A program made the position numbers and the translations under genes. From contig OY829846.1 of NCBI GenBank assembly GCA_963691875.1, positions 3,392,001-3,456,000 on the forward strand: a stretch of 64,000 nt of DNA. The letters run 5' to 3'. Each line of letters starts with the position of its first letter. Positions within the stretch are counted from its first letter, which is position 1. The notes under the pieces are model-generated. The model did not search any database. It was not told the origin of the DNA and saw only the letters and a list, made by a program, of their open reading frames with translations. Of the stretch, positions 20,533 to 31,200 are shown one piece after another. Source of the DNA: Aureliella sp. (GTDB taxonomy: Bacteria; Planctomycetota; Planctomycetia; Pirellulales; Pirellulaceae).

Positions 20533-23082
20533 TTGCTAGTGAGAAACAATGTGAATGCCTCAAGTCATTCAGTGAGCGAACCCTCACTGTTGCGCGGCCT
20601 ATCCGAGCAGCAGCAGGTTCGACTTACAGAGCTACTTGATCGCTATCTTCAAGAGCTTGAGCAAGGCAACACGCCCTCGCGAGAGGGTCTGCTCGCCGAT
20701 CACTCGGATCTTTCGCCGGAATTACGCCAAGCACTGGATCTGTACCTCGACAAGCTCGGCGAACTCTATCAGATGGTCGAAGGACGTCCGGCTGCGCTGG
20801 GCAGCGACCTTCAAGGCAAGGTGCTTAGCGATTACAGACTGGAGGAAGAGATTGGCCGCGGCGGGATGGGCATCGTCTTCTCGGCATACGACACTTCGCT
20901 AAAGCGTCAAGTTGCCGTGAAGCTGCTTCCCATGGCGGCGATGCTGGAGCCCAAGTACGTAGATCGCTTCCGTGGTGAAGCGCAAGCGGCAGCCAGCCTT
21001 GAGCACCCGAATATCGTTCCGGTGTATTCGGTCGGCGAAGAAGGAGGAATCCATTACTACGCGATGCGATTGATTTCCGGCCAGTCTCTGGATCAACGTA
21101 TTCAAGCTCATCGTGAGAAGGGCACGCAACCGCCGTCGCACTCAGCCTTGATGCAATTCGCTGATATCGCCGAAGCGCTGCATGAAGTGCATCAGTACGG
21201 AATCGTGCACCGAGACATCAAGCCTTCGAATCTACTGTTGGACAACTCCGGCAAGCTGTGGGTTGCAGACTTTGGTCTAGCGAGATTCCAAGCAGAGTCA
21301 GCCCTGACTCGCACAGGCGAGATGATTGGCACAATGCGATACATGAGCCCCGAACAGGCTCAAGGACGCGGTGAGCTCGTGGATCATCGTAGCGACATAT
21401 ACTCACTCGGGGCGACACTTTACGAGCTGTTAACGGGCCAGCCCGCAGTACCGGGAGAAGAAGGTCCAGGGCTGCTACGAACACTTACGACGCAATCGCC
21501 GATTCACCTGCGGAAGTTGCGGCCAGATTTGCCAGCGGATTTCCAGTTGGTTCTGGAAAAGGCGATGGCGCGGCACCGTGAAGATCGTTATGCGACAGCG
21601 GCTGAGTTTGCGGCCGACTTGCGTCGAGCTGCTCGCAGCGAACCGATTGCCACCAAACTTGTATCACCGATGGTGCTGACGGCTAGGTGGATTACGAATC
21701 ATCCTCGTGCCGTGTCCATACTGATTGCCTGCGCGGCCATGTTTGGCTTGTTTATCGCGACCGGCTTTTACATGCACAATCGCCTGTTGGCCAACGCGTT
21801 AGACAATGCATACCACGAGGTTGAACAACTACAAGCACTAGAGACCGAGAAGACGATTGATTCCCTGGCGATGATTCCAGGCGCCGAGGGCGTACGACAA
21901 TCCTTGATTAAGAGGCACGTACAGCACTACCGAGATTTTGTCAGTCAGCCGTTGGTCGACAAAAAAATGCTTCCCGCTCGCGCAGGAGCCTATTATCGCC
22001 TCGGGATTTTCAGTGAAGAACTCGGAGAAGTCTCCGAAGCTGTACTCTACTACGGGCAGGCTGAAGAGATTTACGCGAGATTGGTTGATGCAGACGAGGT
22101 ACGAAACAGAATCTGGCTCAAACGTTCTCAGAACTTGAATCAGTTCGCTTTAGCATTGCGAAAATCTGGCCAGCATTCTCGAGGCGTCAAATTGCTTGAG
22201 CGCTGGATTGCCGGGATGGACGAATACGCCAGCCATACTCGGCTACCGCCTACTGTGGCCCATCAGTATGGGCTCTCACAAAACAACTTTGGTCTGCTCA
22301 TGCAAAAGATGCCTGAACAGAAGCAAAGGGCTAAAGCAGCGTATTTGCAGGCCATTGAAACGTTGGGGCAACTGAATGAACAAAATCCGGACGATTTGGA
22401 GATCATTCGCGTCCTTGCCGCCACACGCCACAACCTTGGATCACAGCTTGCCAAGGAGAACAATCAAAAAGATGAATCGCTCAAATTACTTCGGCAGGCC
22501 TACGGGGCTCAGTTGAAATTGGCGCAGGCTTCAGACAATCCCCTTCGGGCCTCGATCGATTTGGTCGCTACTTATATTAGTCTTGGCAACCTCTACTTGG
22601 ATAGCGATCCGCGGCGTGCGGCAGTGATCTTTGAAAACGCAGTTGCGATCAGTCGGAAGCTAGTTGAGATTTCTCCGAAAGTGGATGACTACCGCCGGGA
22701 TTTGGCGGTATCGCTCTCCAATCTCGGAATGGCTCATTACCGGGCCGGCGATGCCGAGCGAGCCAAAGCTAACTTGAAAGAGTCGGTGCACTGCTATCGG
22801 CTGCTGCGGCAGAGCTATCCTGATCACGACGGATTACAATACAGCCTTGGTATTGCACTGAACAATCAGGGCATTATTCTGCAGCACATCGGTGAATCGC
22901 GAGCTGCAGAGGACGCTTACATTCGTGCCGCTCGACTGCTAGAGGAAACGCAGCCTTCAGCAATCGAAGCACTGAACAATGTTTACACCAATCACCTCCG
23001 GATGTTACGGAATGCAGGAAGGGAAGCGGACGCCCTAGAGATTGAAAAACGGCAGTTAGCACTGAACACGAGTAAGCCATGA
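20533..23082 (+). CDS. Hanks-type Ser/Thr protein kinase with TM helix and C-terminal TPRs
   Basis: 'IGRGGMGIVF', 'VAVK', 'HRDIKPSN', 'DFGLA', 'GTMRYMSPEQ'. Hydrophobic segment 'AVSILIACAAMFGLFIATGFY'. TPR-like 'LAVSLSNLG' repeats. Confidence 0.95.
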   Translation: MLVRNNVNASSHSVSEPSLLRGLSEQQQVRLTELLDRYLQELEQGNTPSREGLLADHSDLSPELRQALDLYLDKLGELYQMVEGRPAALGSDLQGKVLSDYRLEEEIGRGGMGIVFSAYDTSLKRQVAVKLLPMAAMLEPKYVDRFRGEAQAAASLEHPNIVPVYSVGEEGGIHYYAMRLISGQSLDQRIQAHREKGTQPPSHSALMQFADIAEALHEVHQYGIVHRDIKPSNLLLDNSGKLWVADFGLARFQAESALTRTGEMIGTMRYMSPEQAQGRGELVDHRSDIYSLGATLYELLTGQPAVPGEEGPGLLRTLTTQSPIHLRKLRPDLPADFQLVLEKAMARHREDRYATAAEFAADLRRAARSEPIATKLVSPMVLTARWITNHPRAVSILIACAAMFGLFIATGFYMHNRLLANALDNAYHEVEQLQALETEKTIDSLAMIPGAEGVRQSLIKRHVQHYRDFVSQPLVDKKMLPARAGAYYRLGIFSEELGEVSEAVLYYGQAEEIYARLVDADEVRNRIWLKRSQNLNQFALALRKSGQHSRGVKLLERWIAGMDEYASHTRLPPTVAHQYGLSQNNFGLLMQKMPEQKQRAKAAYLQAIETLGQLNEQNPDDLEIIRVLAATRHNLGSQLAKENNQKDESLKLLRQAYGAQLKLAQASDNPLRASIDLVATYISLGNLYLDSDPRRAAVIFENAVAISRKLVEISPKVDDYRRDLAVSLSNLGMAHYRAGDAERAKANLKESVHCYRLLRQSYPDHDGLQYSLGIALNNQGIILQHIGESRAAEDAYIRAARLLEETQPSAIEALNNVYTNHLRMLRNAGREADALEIEKRQLALNTSKP

Positions 23083-24299
23083 GTCAGCCCAACGACAACA
23101 CAAAACGTCCGGATTCACGCAGCCATCGCAAACGATTCTTGCGCGTCGAGCTTCTGGAAACTCGCAGCTTGCTGGCTGGAGATGTGTTCGGATACATGGA
23201 TAGCCAGTTCGACAATCTCGACTTGAACTCGAGTTCTACCACTCGCCCAACGTCCGAGACTGCGGAGGTCTCCTCCGAGCAAGCAAACTTCGAGACATGG
23301 CTCATGAAGGTCGCAGTTTTCGATGAAGATGCGGAGGCAGAGGGTGAGCCACCGGCGGGAGCTCAAGCAGAGCCGACTGCAGCTACTCGCGTACCGCAAG
23401 GACCGGCCTTGCCAAGTTTGATTCAATTTGTAGAGCGAAACGACTCACAGCTTGTCGAGCCTCCAGCGCCAGCGTCGAGCGATAGTCTCATTTCTTCCAG
23501 CCAGGTGGGCGAACAAAGCTCGATCAGTGGGCGGGCTTCCGAGCAAATTACATCATCCGAGCCCTCAATTGAGGCTGCTGACGTAGTTTTCTCGTTTGGT
23601 CTGCAATACCCAACCTCGGCAAGCTCTGCGCTAGGTAACAGCTTACCGAACAATGCTTATGCCAGCGATTTCAAATCCCTTCCGACGAATTCACTAATTT
23701 CCAGTCCAAGCAATAGTGTTTCTAACCTGCTTGGGACTTTGTCCAGCAGCAGCAAGCGATATGCAGAGCAGCAAGAGCTAGGATCGCTGCTGAACGATTT
23801 AGCACAAGAACACTTCAAGACTGGCTTCCAAGACCTTCTTTCTGACTCAGCGTCGAATGAAAAAAGTGCTTCCGAGCAAGTTCTGGTAGATCACGATACT
23901 CCGGTGGAAATCAGAGAAGCGATGATCGAGGTGCAGAACCCAACAGGCGAGATTCTGGATGGCCTGATGGCGATGGAGATTCCTCAGGACTTGTTGCCAA
24001 ACCACTCGGAGTTACTTGAGCACGGCAAGGATGGCGTTTGGGCTGTGCCGCTTGGGGTTTATCGCCAAGGCGAAGTTGCTCTGGGCAACGCAGCATTGGC
24101 TCAAGCCAACGATGCTATGAACACAGCTCGTAGCAAGGAAAGCGATCGGGAGGTCGAAAATACTGGTCAGCTCATCATTGCCTATCTCAGACCCATTGCA
24201 GCTGCCACTTCCGTTGCGTTTGGTGCCATCTTCATCGGCTTCAAGCGACAGACCGATCGCGATGACGAAGTCCGCAAGCAGTTCGAACAACTGCGTTAA
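23079..24299 (+). CDS. Planctomycete-extracellular-motif protein with Ser-rich body and C-terminal membrane anchor
   Basis: N-terminal 'RKRFLRVELLETRSLLAGD' (Planc_extracel motif). C-terminal hydrophobic helix followed by basic residues. ATGA overlap with the kinase stop. Confidence 0.8.
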   Translation: MSQPNDNTKRPDSRSHRKRFLRVELLETRSLLAGDVFGYMDSQFDNLDLNSSSTTRPTSETAEVSSEQANFETWLMKVAVFDEDAEAEGEPPAGAQAEPTAATRVPQGPALPSLIQFVERNDSQLVEPPAPASSDSLISSSQVGEQSSISGRASEQITSSEPSIEAADVVFSFGLQYPTSASSALGNSLPNNAYASDFKSLPTNSLISSPSNSVSNLLGTLSSSSKRYAEQQELGSLLNDLAQEHFKTGFQDLLSDSASNEKSASEQVLVDHDTPVEIREAMIEVQNPTGEILDGLMAMEIPQDLLPNHSELLEHGKDGVWAVPLGVYRQGEVALGNAALAQANDAMNTARSKESDREVENTGQLIIAYLRPIAAATSVAFGAIFIGFKRQTDRDDEVRKQFEQLR

Positions 24300-24426
24300 G
24301 CTGAGCCGCAAGTTGCTTTTCACAATGAAGTACGTTTAAGTTTCGCCATGCTTGTTATTCCCGAGCCAGCTCCTACTCTCGAGGCCGAGGGCTAGCAAAG
24401 TTAGAAGCGGTTGAGGGAAGCAGAAG

Positions 24427-24956
24427 ATGCAGGATGACGCCAGTCTGAAGAACGACGCCACCCCATCGCTTGATGATGCGTCCGCCCGGCCATTACCTGA
24501 TCACGAAATGAAGACTCGTGGACGGGACTGGATGGTTTTTCCGCCTATTTTTGCAGCGCAACTGCGGGAGGGATCTTTGGGTTTCCCTTTGCCCAAGCCT
24601 TGGGGATTGTGATTGGATTCGTTTGGTCGATATTCGTCGGCACTGTCCGCTTTCTGGCCCTTGCATTTCTGTATCGTAGCCGGATGCCGAGCGGCCGATT
24701 TCGAGTTAGACTCGGATTTTCCGGAGCCCTGACTGGCTTTGCCTGCGTGTGTCTGCCATTCTTGGGCGCCCTCTGGAACCCGCAAGATATTCCAGAAGAG
24801 AGCATTTTCCCGCTTGCTATAGCAGCGTTGAGCGCCACAGTTTCGGGCGATCCCGTGGCGTATTTGGCAGCTTCTTGCCGCCCAGCGCCTAGCACTTTGG
24901 CGGCAGGTCATAGAATCCGTGACCGCTATGATCTGCCCATTTCCCCGCCCGCTTGA
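24427..24956 (+). pseudogene. Small membrane protein apparently split by a 1-nt frameshift in a T run
   Basis: ORF 24427 reads ...RDWMVF. One extra T at ATGGTTTTTCC (~24532-24542) joins it to SAYFCSATAGGIFGFPFAQALGIVIGFVWSIF... (ORF 24600-24956), giving a continuous multi-TM protein. Confidence 0.5.
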
Positions 24957-25116
24957 GAGCTTCCGGCCGTAGGGGCTGAAGAATGTATGCTGTTCCGCTA
25001 CGGAAACGCTATCATGAGCAAATGCAGCAGGCTGCAAGGCGTCCCTCAGAGTGAGAGAAATCTGAACCCCACCTTGAGTGTTTGCGCGCCGAAAATCTCC
25101 AAAATCAGACGATTCG

Positions 25117-25143
25117 GGAACCGACGCTGGGCCTCCAACGTCT
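25117..25143 (+). promoter_or_regulatory. ECF-sigma-type promoter (-35 GGAACC, 16-nt spacer, -10 CGTCT)
   Basis: GGAACC-gacgctgggcctccaa-CGTCT ends 16 nt before ATG 25160 of the ECF sigma gene. Confidence 0.72.
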
Positions 25144-25159
25144 TTTCCCGCAGTATTTG

Positions 25160-25801
25160 ATGCACAGCGAAATGCAAAGCAGAGAGCCGCCAAGCAATCC
25201 GCAGCAAGGTCCGGGGACATCAAGTCAGACTGCGCTCGGCGAAGATCTGGATGTCATTGCGCGCGTGCTAGATGGCGATTCGGCTGCCTTTGAGGAGCTG
25301 GTCCGCAAGTACGAGAGACGCCTCCTGGGGCTATTGCTTCACGCTTGTGGTGATCGAACACTCGCCGAAGATATGGCTCAGGAAGCCTTTGCTCGCGCCT
25401 ACCGTAAACTAAATCTGTTTGCGGGCCACGCGCAGTTTTACACCTGGTTGGCCAAGATTGCGATGAATTTGCTGGTGAGCAATCAGCGGAAGAAACGCAT
25501 CGAAAACCAAGTAAGTCGTGAGGGTTTCGACGTTGTTATGGACTCGGTTGGCGGCGACGCACAACCCGAACAGCAGCTTGAGCAAACCGAAATGCAGCGT
25601 AGCGTGCGGGCTGCGATTGCTATGCTAGACGAAGAACGCCGTGCAGTACTACTACTGCGTGACTTTGATGGACTTGATTACGAGGCGATAGCAGAAACTT
25701 TAGAGATCCCCGTTGGCACAGTTCGCAGTCGATTGCATCGCGCTCGATTAGAACTGAAAACTATTTTGCAACAAAAGGCCTCAGAGCTAGGCTTCTTCTA
25801 G
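25160..25801 (+). CDS. ECF RNA polymerase sigma factor (RpoE/SigW-like)
   Basis: 'GDSAAFEELVRKY', 'AEDMAQEAF', 'FYTWLAKIAMN', 'YEAIAETLEIPVGTVRSRLHRAR'. Start at 25160 or 25172. Confidence 0.94.
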   Translation: MHSEMQSREPPSNPQQGPGTSSQTALGEDLDVIARVLDGDSAAFEELVRKYERRLLGLLLHACGDRTLAEDMAQEAFARAYRKLNLFAGHAQFYTWLAKIAMNLLVSNQRKKRIENQVSREGFDVVMDSVGGDAQPEQQLEQTEMQRSVRAAIAMLDEERRAVLLLRDFDGLDYEAIAETLEIPVGTVRSRLHRARLELKTILQQKASELGFF

Positions 25802-25804
25802 ACG

Positions 25805-27880
25805 ATGACCGAACGCACTACAGGAATTGAAAACGAGCCTTTTGAGTTCCAGGAAGAGTGGTTATCCGCTTATCTGGACGGAGAACTGACTTCGGAACAA
25901 CGAAGTGCAGTTGAGGCGCGTTTGCAATATGATTCCAATGTTCAGCAGATGCTGCTCGATCTTCAGAAAGTACGCAGCCTTGTCGCTGGCTTGCCTGAAT
26001 GGCCCAGTGCTTTCGGGAGCCTTCGAGATTTTCAGGTTCCCGGTAATTCTGATGATGCAGCACTAGCTGAACCGCCTGCAGCAGGCGAGGTTTTGCTGGA
26101 GTCAGCCAAGTCGGTAGAGGAACTAAAGCCACTGAATGAGAACACGACTTTCGACGCCCCTCGACAAAATGACATCGAGGAGCCCTCTAGCCCACCTCTC
26201 AAAATGCAAACCAGTGAAAAGGTCTTGGGCACTAGTAGAGAAACGGAAGACTTAGAAGTAACCCAAGCCACACAGAAAGAAACCAAGCCTGTAGCGGGTA
26301 AAGAAGCGGACAACCGAACTGAGACGCCATTGCAACATGAGCACTTAGAAACGCAGAAACGGACAAGTCCCGAAATTGGTCTTGCAGGCGATTCCGACGA
26401 CTCGTTTGATGCGGACAAGCAATCTAATTGGGATGACAGGGCAGACGAAGAAACAGCACTTGAAAGCGGAGACTCCGATCTGGTAGCTGCAGTTCGCGAA
26501 TCAGCCAGTTTCTTCAGCGACGACAGCAAGCAGTCAATTCTGCCGCGCTTAGCAACGGCAGCCAGCCTGTTTGCGATGCTCGGCTTGGGGTACTTTCTTT
26601 GGGAACCCATTGCAGGTTCGATAGGCGTTGCAGCCCGGTCTGAGAACTCTCCGGTCAAGGAGCAAGTAGACATGAGCTCGGTCCGCGGTAGACCAGAATC
26701 AGACGAAAAATTACCAGCCGCTCCAGCGGCTTCGACCGCTAAGAAGCCGGAAAACTTCTCAAGCGGAGAATCAGCAGACGCAAGCGTAGACAGCACCGAG
26801 GACTTCGATGTACCTGAAGGGCGCATGCCGTTTGCAGAAGCGCAATCGAGAGTTGCGGCACTTGAACAATCACGACTTCCAGCGCCATCTGATTCTGGTT
26901 TCGCAAGCAATTCTCAAGTAGACAAATCTACTTTACCACCGACTGGCGTAGTGCCACCTGCAATAGATTCCCCCAGAGTTCAATCCAGAAGAATGCAGTC
27001 GGGTTTCGGCGGAAAAGACGGCGTTGCCTCAACACGATCCATTGGTGGAGGAGACGGCGGTTTGGCGTCGGGGGGTGGTACTGGCTTGCCACCAGCTGGC
27101 ATGAAACAGGCTCCAGTGGAAAGTACGCGAGCAGCTCCGGGCTTCGCAGCGCCAAAGATAACGAAAATGGAAAACGGATTGCATCTTGCCGAGTCGAAGG
27201 TAAAAGTTTCAGAATCAGCAGCCCCAGTAATGGAAATGGCGTCTTTAGAGGATCTTCCCGATCAACCACTCAGCGAATCTGAGTCGCCAGACAATGCACC
27301 GAGATTAGGCAGCGGAATTCCCGCTCCACCTGCAAAGGCAGGAATTGAACCGGATAACCAAACCACAATCATTGCAGGATTGGATCTCGGCATACTGCCG
27401 CAACTGAATCGTCAGACAAAGATACCCCTGAGTCGTTATGAAGTAGTCAGCGACGGAAGCTGGTCGGTAGATCAGATGAAGCAGGGCCTTCTACGGCTCA
27501 ACAATCACCGTATGCAAAACGGTGCTCCAGAGGCAGCTATCGGCAAATTTGAGGGTACAACCGAGCTTTTGCTAAAGCAGATCCTGGAAGATACCACTTA
27601 CCAGAAACTTTCCCGCTCGCTCGCAAATCGTGGAAGACAACAGCCGGTTGGCGAAGCCACTAGTAGTGACTTTTCAGAAGCTGCCTCATTTGATCTGGAA
27701 AAGGAGAGCATCGCTCCTGCGAAGTCAATCTTGTTGTTTACTCATCGAGCCGCAGCCGAAAAGCTTCTTCAATTGAAAAGTGTTTCGGAAGCTACCGGAC
27801 AATACCTTTGGGTCCGATCTCCCAACGGACGGGAAAACCCAGGCGACAAAGTTTTATTGCTGCTAAACCCCAAGCAATGA
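25805..27880 (+). CDS. Putative membrane anti-sigma factor with long low-complexity regions
   Basis: ASD-like start 'EWLSAYLDGELTSEQRSAVEARL', single TM 'LATAASLFAMLGLGYFLW'. Begins 3 nt after the ECF stop. Confidence 0.8.
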   Translation: MTERTTGIENEPFEFQEEWLSAYLDGELTSEQRSAVEARLQYDSNVQQMLLDLQKVRSLVAGLPEWPSAFGSLRDFQVPGNSDDAALAEPPAAGEVLLESAKSVEELKPLNENTTFDAPRQNDIEEPSSPPLKMQTSEKVLGTSRETEDLEVTQATQKETKPVAGKEADNRTETPLQHEHLETQKRTSPEIGLAGDSDDSFDADKQSNWDDRADEETALESGDSDLVAAVRESASFFSDDSKQSILPRLATAASLFAMLGLGYFLWEPIAGSIGVAARSENSPVKEQVDMSSVRGRPESDEKLPAAPAASTAKKPENFSSGESADASVDSTEDFDVPEGRMPFAEAQSRVAALEQSRLPAPSDSGFASNSQVDKSTLPPTGVVPPAIDSPRVQSRRMQSGFGGKDGVASTRSIGGGDGGLASGGGTGLPPAGMKQAPVESTRAAPGFAAPKITKMENGLHLAESKVKVSESAAPVMEMASLEDLPDQPLSESESPDNAPRLGSGIPAPPAKAGIEPDNQTTIIAGLDLGILPQLNRQTKIPLSRYEVVSDGSWSVDQMKQGLLRLNNHRMQNGAPEAAIGKFEGTTELLLKQILEDTTYQKLSRSLANRGRQQPVGEATSSDFSEAASFDLEKESIAPAKSILLFTHRAAAEKLLQLKSVSEATGQYLWVRSPNGRENPGDKVLLLLNPKQ

Positions 27881-28209
27881 TGCAACAAACGCAACTTTTC
27901 CGGCCGTTGCTTGACCTTTATCTGCGCTCGAATACGAACCCTTTCGCGGCTCCCTATTCTCCCGGCTGCCCTTCCGACCAGCGAACCACTCTCGGCAGCC
28001 TTGTCTCTAGAGTTTGGATTTCGAGCGAAGTAGCTTCGGACAAAGAACCTGTCGATTCAGGTGGTTCTCTCTTCCAGAAGATGTAGTAGCGAACTCCGAA
28101 ATTCGTACAATTTGGGCACTGCGCACAGCCATTTCGGCAGGTACTTGGCCATCGCGTTGCCAAAGTCCCAGAAAACCACGACAACTACTCCATTTCCGGC
28201 ATAACTCCG

Positions 28210-31200
28210 ATGAGCGACCTCTCGGATTCGATCCCGAATCGATTTGACTTCAAGCAACAATCTGGCGAAATCTACGCAGCCTGGGAAGCAGATGGATGCT
28301 TCCACGCGAAACCAGATCCTGGGCGCAAGCCCTTTACGATCGTCATTCCGCCGCCCAATGTCACCGGGGCACTGCACCTTGGGCACGCGCTCAACAACAC
28401 CTTGCAGGACATTCAAGTTCGCTGGCATCGCATGCGCGGATTCGAAGCACTCTGGATGCCCGGCACCGACCATGCCGGCATCGCGACGCAAGCCGTCGTC
28501 GAAAAGCGGTTAAAGGAAGACGAGAACAAAACCCGGCACGATCTTGGTCGAGAAAAGCTTGTCGAGCGGATCTGGGATTGGAAGGCAGAGTACGAGACTC
28601 GCATCTTGAACCAACTTCGGAGCATGGGCTGTTCCTGCGATTGGGAACGCACTCGATTTACACTCGATGACACCTGTGCTAAAGCAGTTCGAACGACCTT
28701 TGCCGACCTGTTCGCCAAGGGATTGATCTTCCGAGGCAAGCGTTTGGTCAACTGGGACACCTACCTGCAGACTGCCGTCAGTGATGACGAAGTTTTTCAC
28801 GCAGTCACCAAGGGCCACTTTTGGCACTTCAAGTATCCGGTCATCGCCCCACAGGCCGGCGAGCCAACGCACGTCACGATCGCCACCACGCGACCTGAAA
28901 CGATGCTGGGTGATTCAGCTGTTGCGGTTCACCCCGAACCGGAAAAGGCGCTTGATGCCGCCGAAGCACAACTGCGTGACAAGCTCTCGGCTGCACCCGA
29001 AAAAGAGCAGGAAGCAATTCAGCAGCAGCTCAACGCGTTGGCCGAACGTCGTACGACCCGCTTGCCGTTGTTGATCACTCTGGCTGAGATGGCCAAGCGC
29101 GGTACCAAATTGATGCTGCCATTGCTCAACCGTCCGATCGACTTGATCGCCGACGAGTGGGCGAAACCCGAAATGGGAAGTGGCTGCGTCAAGATAACTC
29201 CTGCGCATGACCCTAATGACTACGAAGTGGGTTTGCGCTGCGGACTCGAGATGATAAACATCTTGAATCCAGACGGAACTCTCAACGGAGAAGCTGGTTC
29301 CTACCAAGGACTGACGATCAAAAAGGCTCGCACTCAAGTTGTCGCCGACTTAGAAGAACAAGGGCTTATGGTTGAGGTTGAAGATCGCGAGATCGACTTG
29401 GCCCACTCCGATCGCAGTAAGACACCAATCGAGCCGTACTTGGCGGATCAGTGGTTCGTCAAAATGGATCAACTTGCCCAAAACGCCATGGATGCTGTCA
29501 CCGATGGCCGCGTCAAGATTTTCCCCGAGCGCTACGCCAAGGGTTACTTAGATTGGTTAAGCGAAAAACGCGATTGGCCCGTCGGGCGTCAGCTCTGGTG
29601 GGGACACCAGATTCCGATTTGGACGCAAACTTTCGATTCCGCCGGAGCGGCAACTGCTGCCGCCGATGCCTTCAACACTCGGCCAGAGCAAGCGGAAGGA
29701 CTGCTTAGCGCAACAGTCGAAGCTCCAGCTACGGTTCACGTTTGCATTCGCGATGAAGGACACACACTCGAGTCAGAATTGGAGCAGAGCGGATACACGC
29801 GGCAAGAAGATGTTCTGGATACTTGGTTCAGTTCTGCACTTTGGCCTCACTCAACCTTGGGCTGGCCCGACAAGAACGCGGACCTCGACTATTTCTATCC
29901 GACCAGCACGCTCATCACCAGTCGCGACATCATCACGCTGTGGGTCGCTCGTATGGTTCTGATGGGGCTGAACAATCTGGGCGAAGTACCATTCAAGGAA
30001 GTCTATATTCACCCCAAGATCTTGGATGGTTTTGGCGAGGGAATGTCTAAGAGCAAAGGCAACGGCGTCGATCCTCTAGACGTTATGGACAAGTTCGGAC
30101 CGGACGCGTTGCGTTTTGGATTGACTTGGTTGGCCGCAGAAACGCAAGACGTTCGAATGCCCGTCCAGTATGAATGTCCTCACTGCGAAGAAGCAATCAA
30201 TCAAACGAGGAAGAATCGTGAGCTTGCGATTATCCCTTGTCCGAAGTGCAACGGAGTGTTTTCAACTCAATGGGCAAAGACGGATGAAGAGAGGGCCCAA
30301 CCCCGCGGCGCCGTTCTAAGTGAGCGTTTTGAACTTGCGCGTAACTTTGGCAACAAGCTCTGGAACGCTGCTCGATTTGTCATGATCAACCTGGAAGGCT
30401 TCGAGCCGCAGCAGCTTGACATCGCTAGCTTGCCACTTGAGGATCGCTGGATCTTGTCGCGGCTTTCAACGACGACGCAGAAGGTCACCGAAGCGATCGG
30501 ACGCTACCACTACAGTGATGCCGCTCGCTTGCTGTACGATTTCGCCTGGGACGAGTTCTGCTCATATTACGTCGAGATGGCGAAGCCGCGTTTTCAGGAT
30601 CCTGAGAAGAAGTCCGCGACACAGCAAGTTCTCGCGCACACTTTGGATCAGTTGCTGCGACTGTTGCACCCGATGGTTCCGTTTATTACTGAAGCCATCT
30701 GGCAGCAGATGGAGCAATTCGGCTCCGTTCGCTGTTTGAATGGGCAGGCCGAGGAGCAAAAGTGGTTGATGCGATCGAGTTGGCCCGAAGCTGACCTGTC
30801 GCATCAAGACGGGCCGATCGAAACACAGTTCGCTTCCTTCGTCGGGGCACTTGGAGCATTGCGAGAAATCCGCGCCCGCCAAGGCATCAAGCCGAAGGAC
30901 ACGGTTCGCTTCATGATCAACTGCGATGCAGATACGGTTGCCCTGCTCGAACCGATGCGTCCCTACTTCAAAGCTTTAGCTGGTGCAGAATGCGAGGGGC
31001 TGGGAACGAGCTTCGAAGACCTTCAAGTTCCACCGGCGCAGATCAGCGTAGATGGCATGGAAATCTCGGTCGATTTAGGAGACTTCATTGATCTCAAAGC
31101 GGAGCTCAATCGCAACGAGAAACTCGAAGCGAATCTGACGAAGCAAGCTGGTGGCAAAGAAGCCAAGTTATCGAACGAAAACTTCATCAGCCGCGCTCCT

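Noticed and set aside
27881..28209. T-box leader upstream of valS
   Set aside because: No T-box consensus (AGGGTGGNACCGCG) or terminator/antiterminator seen.
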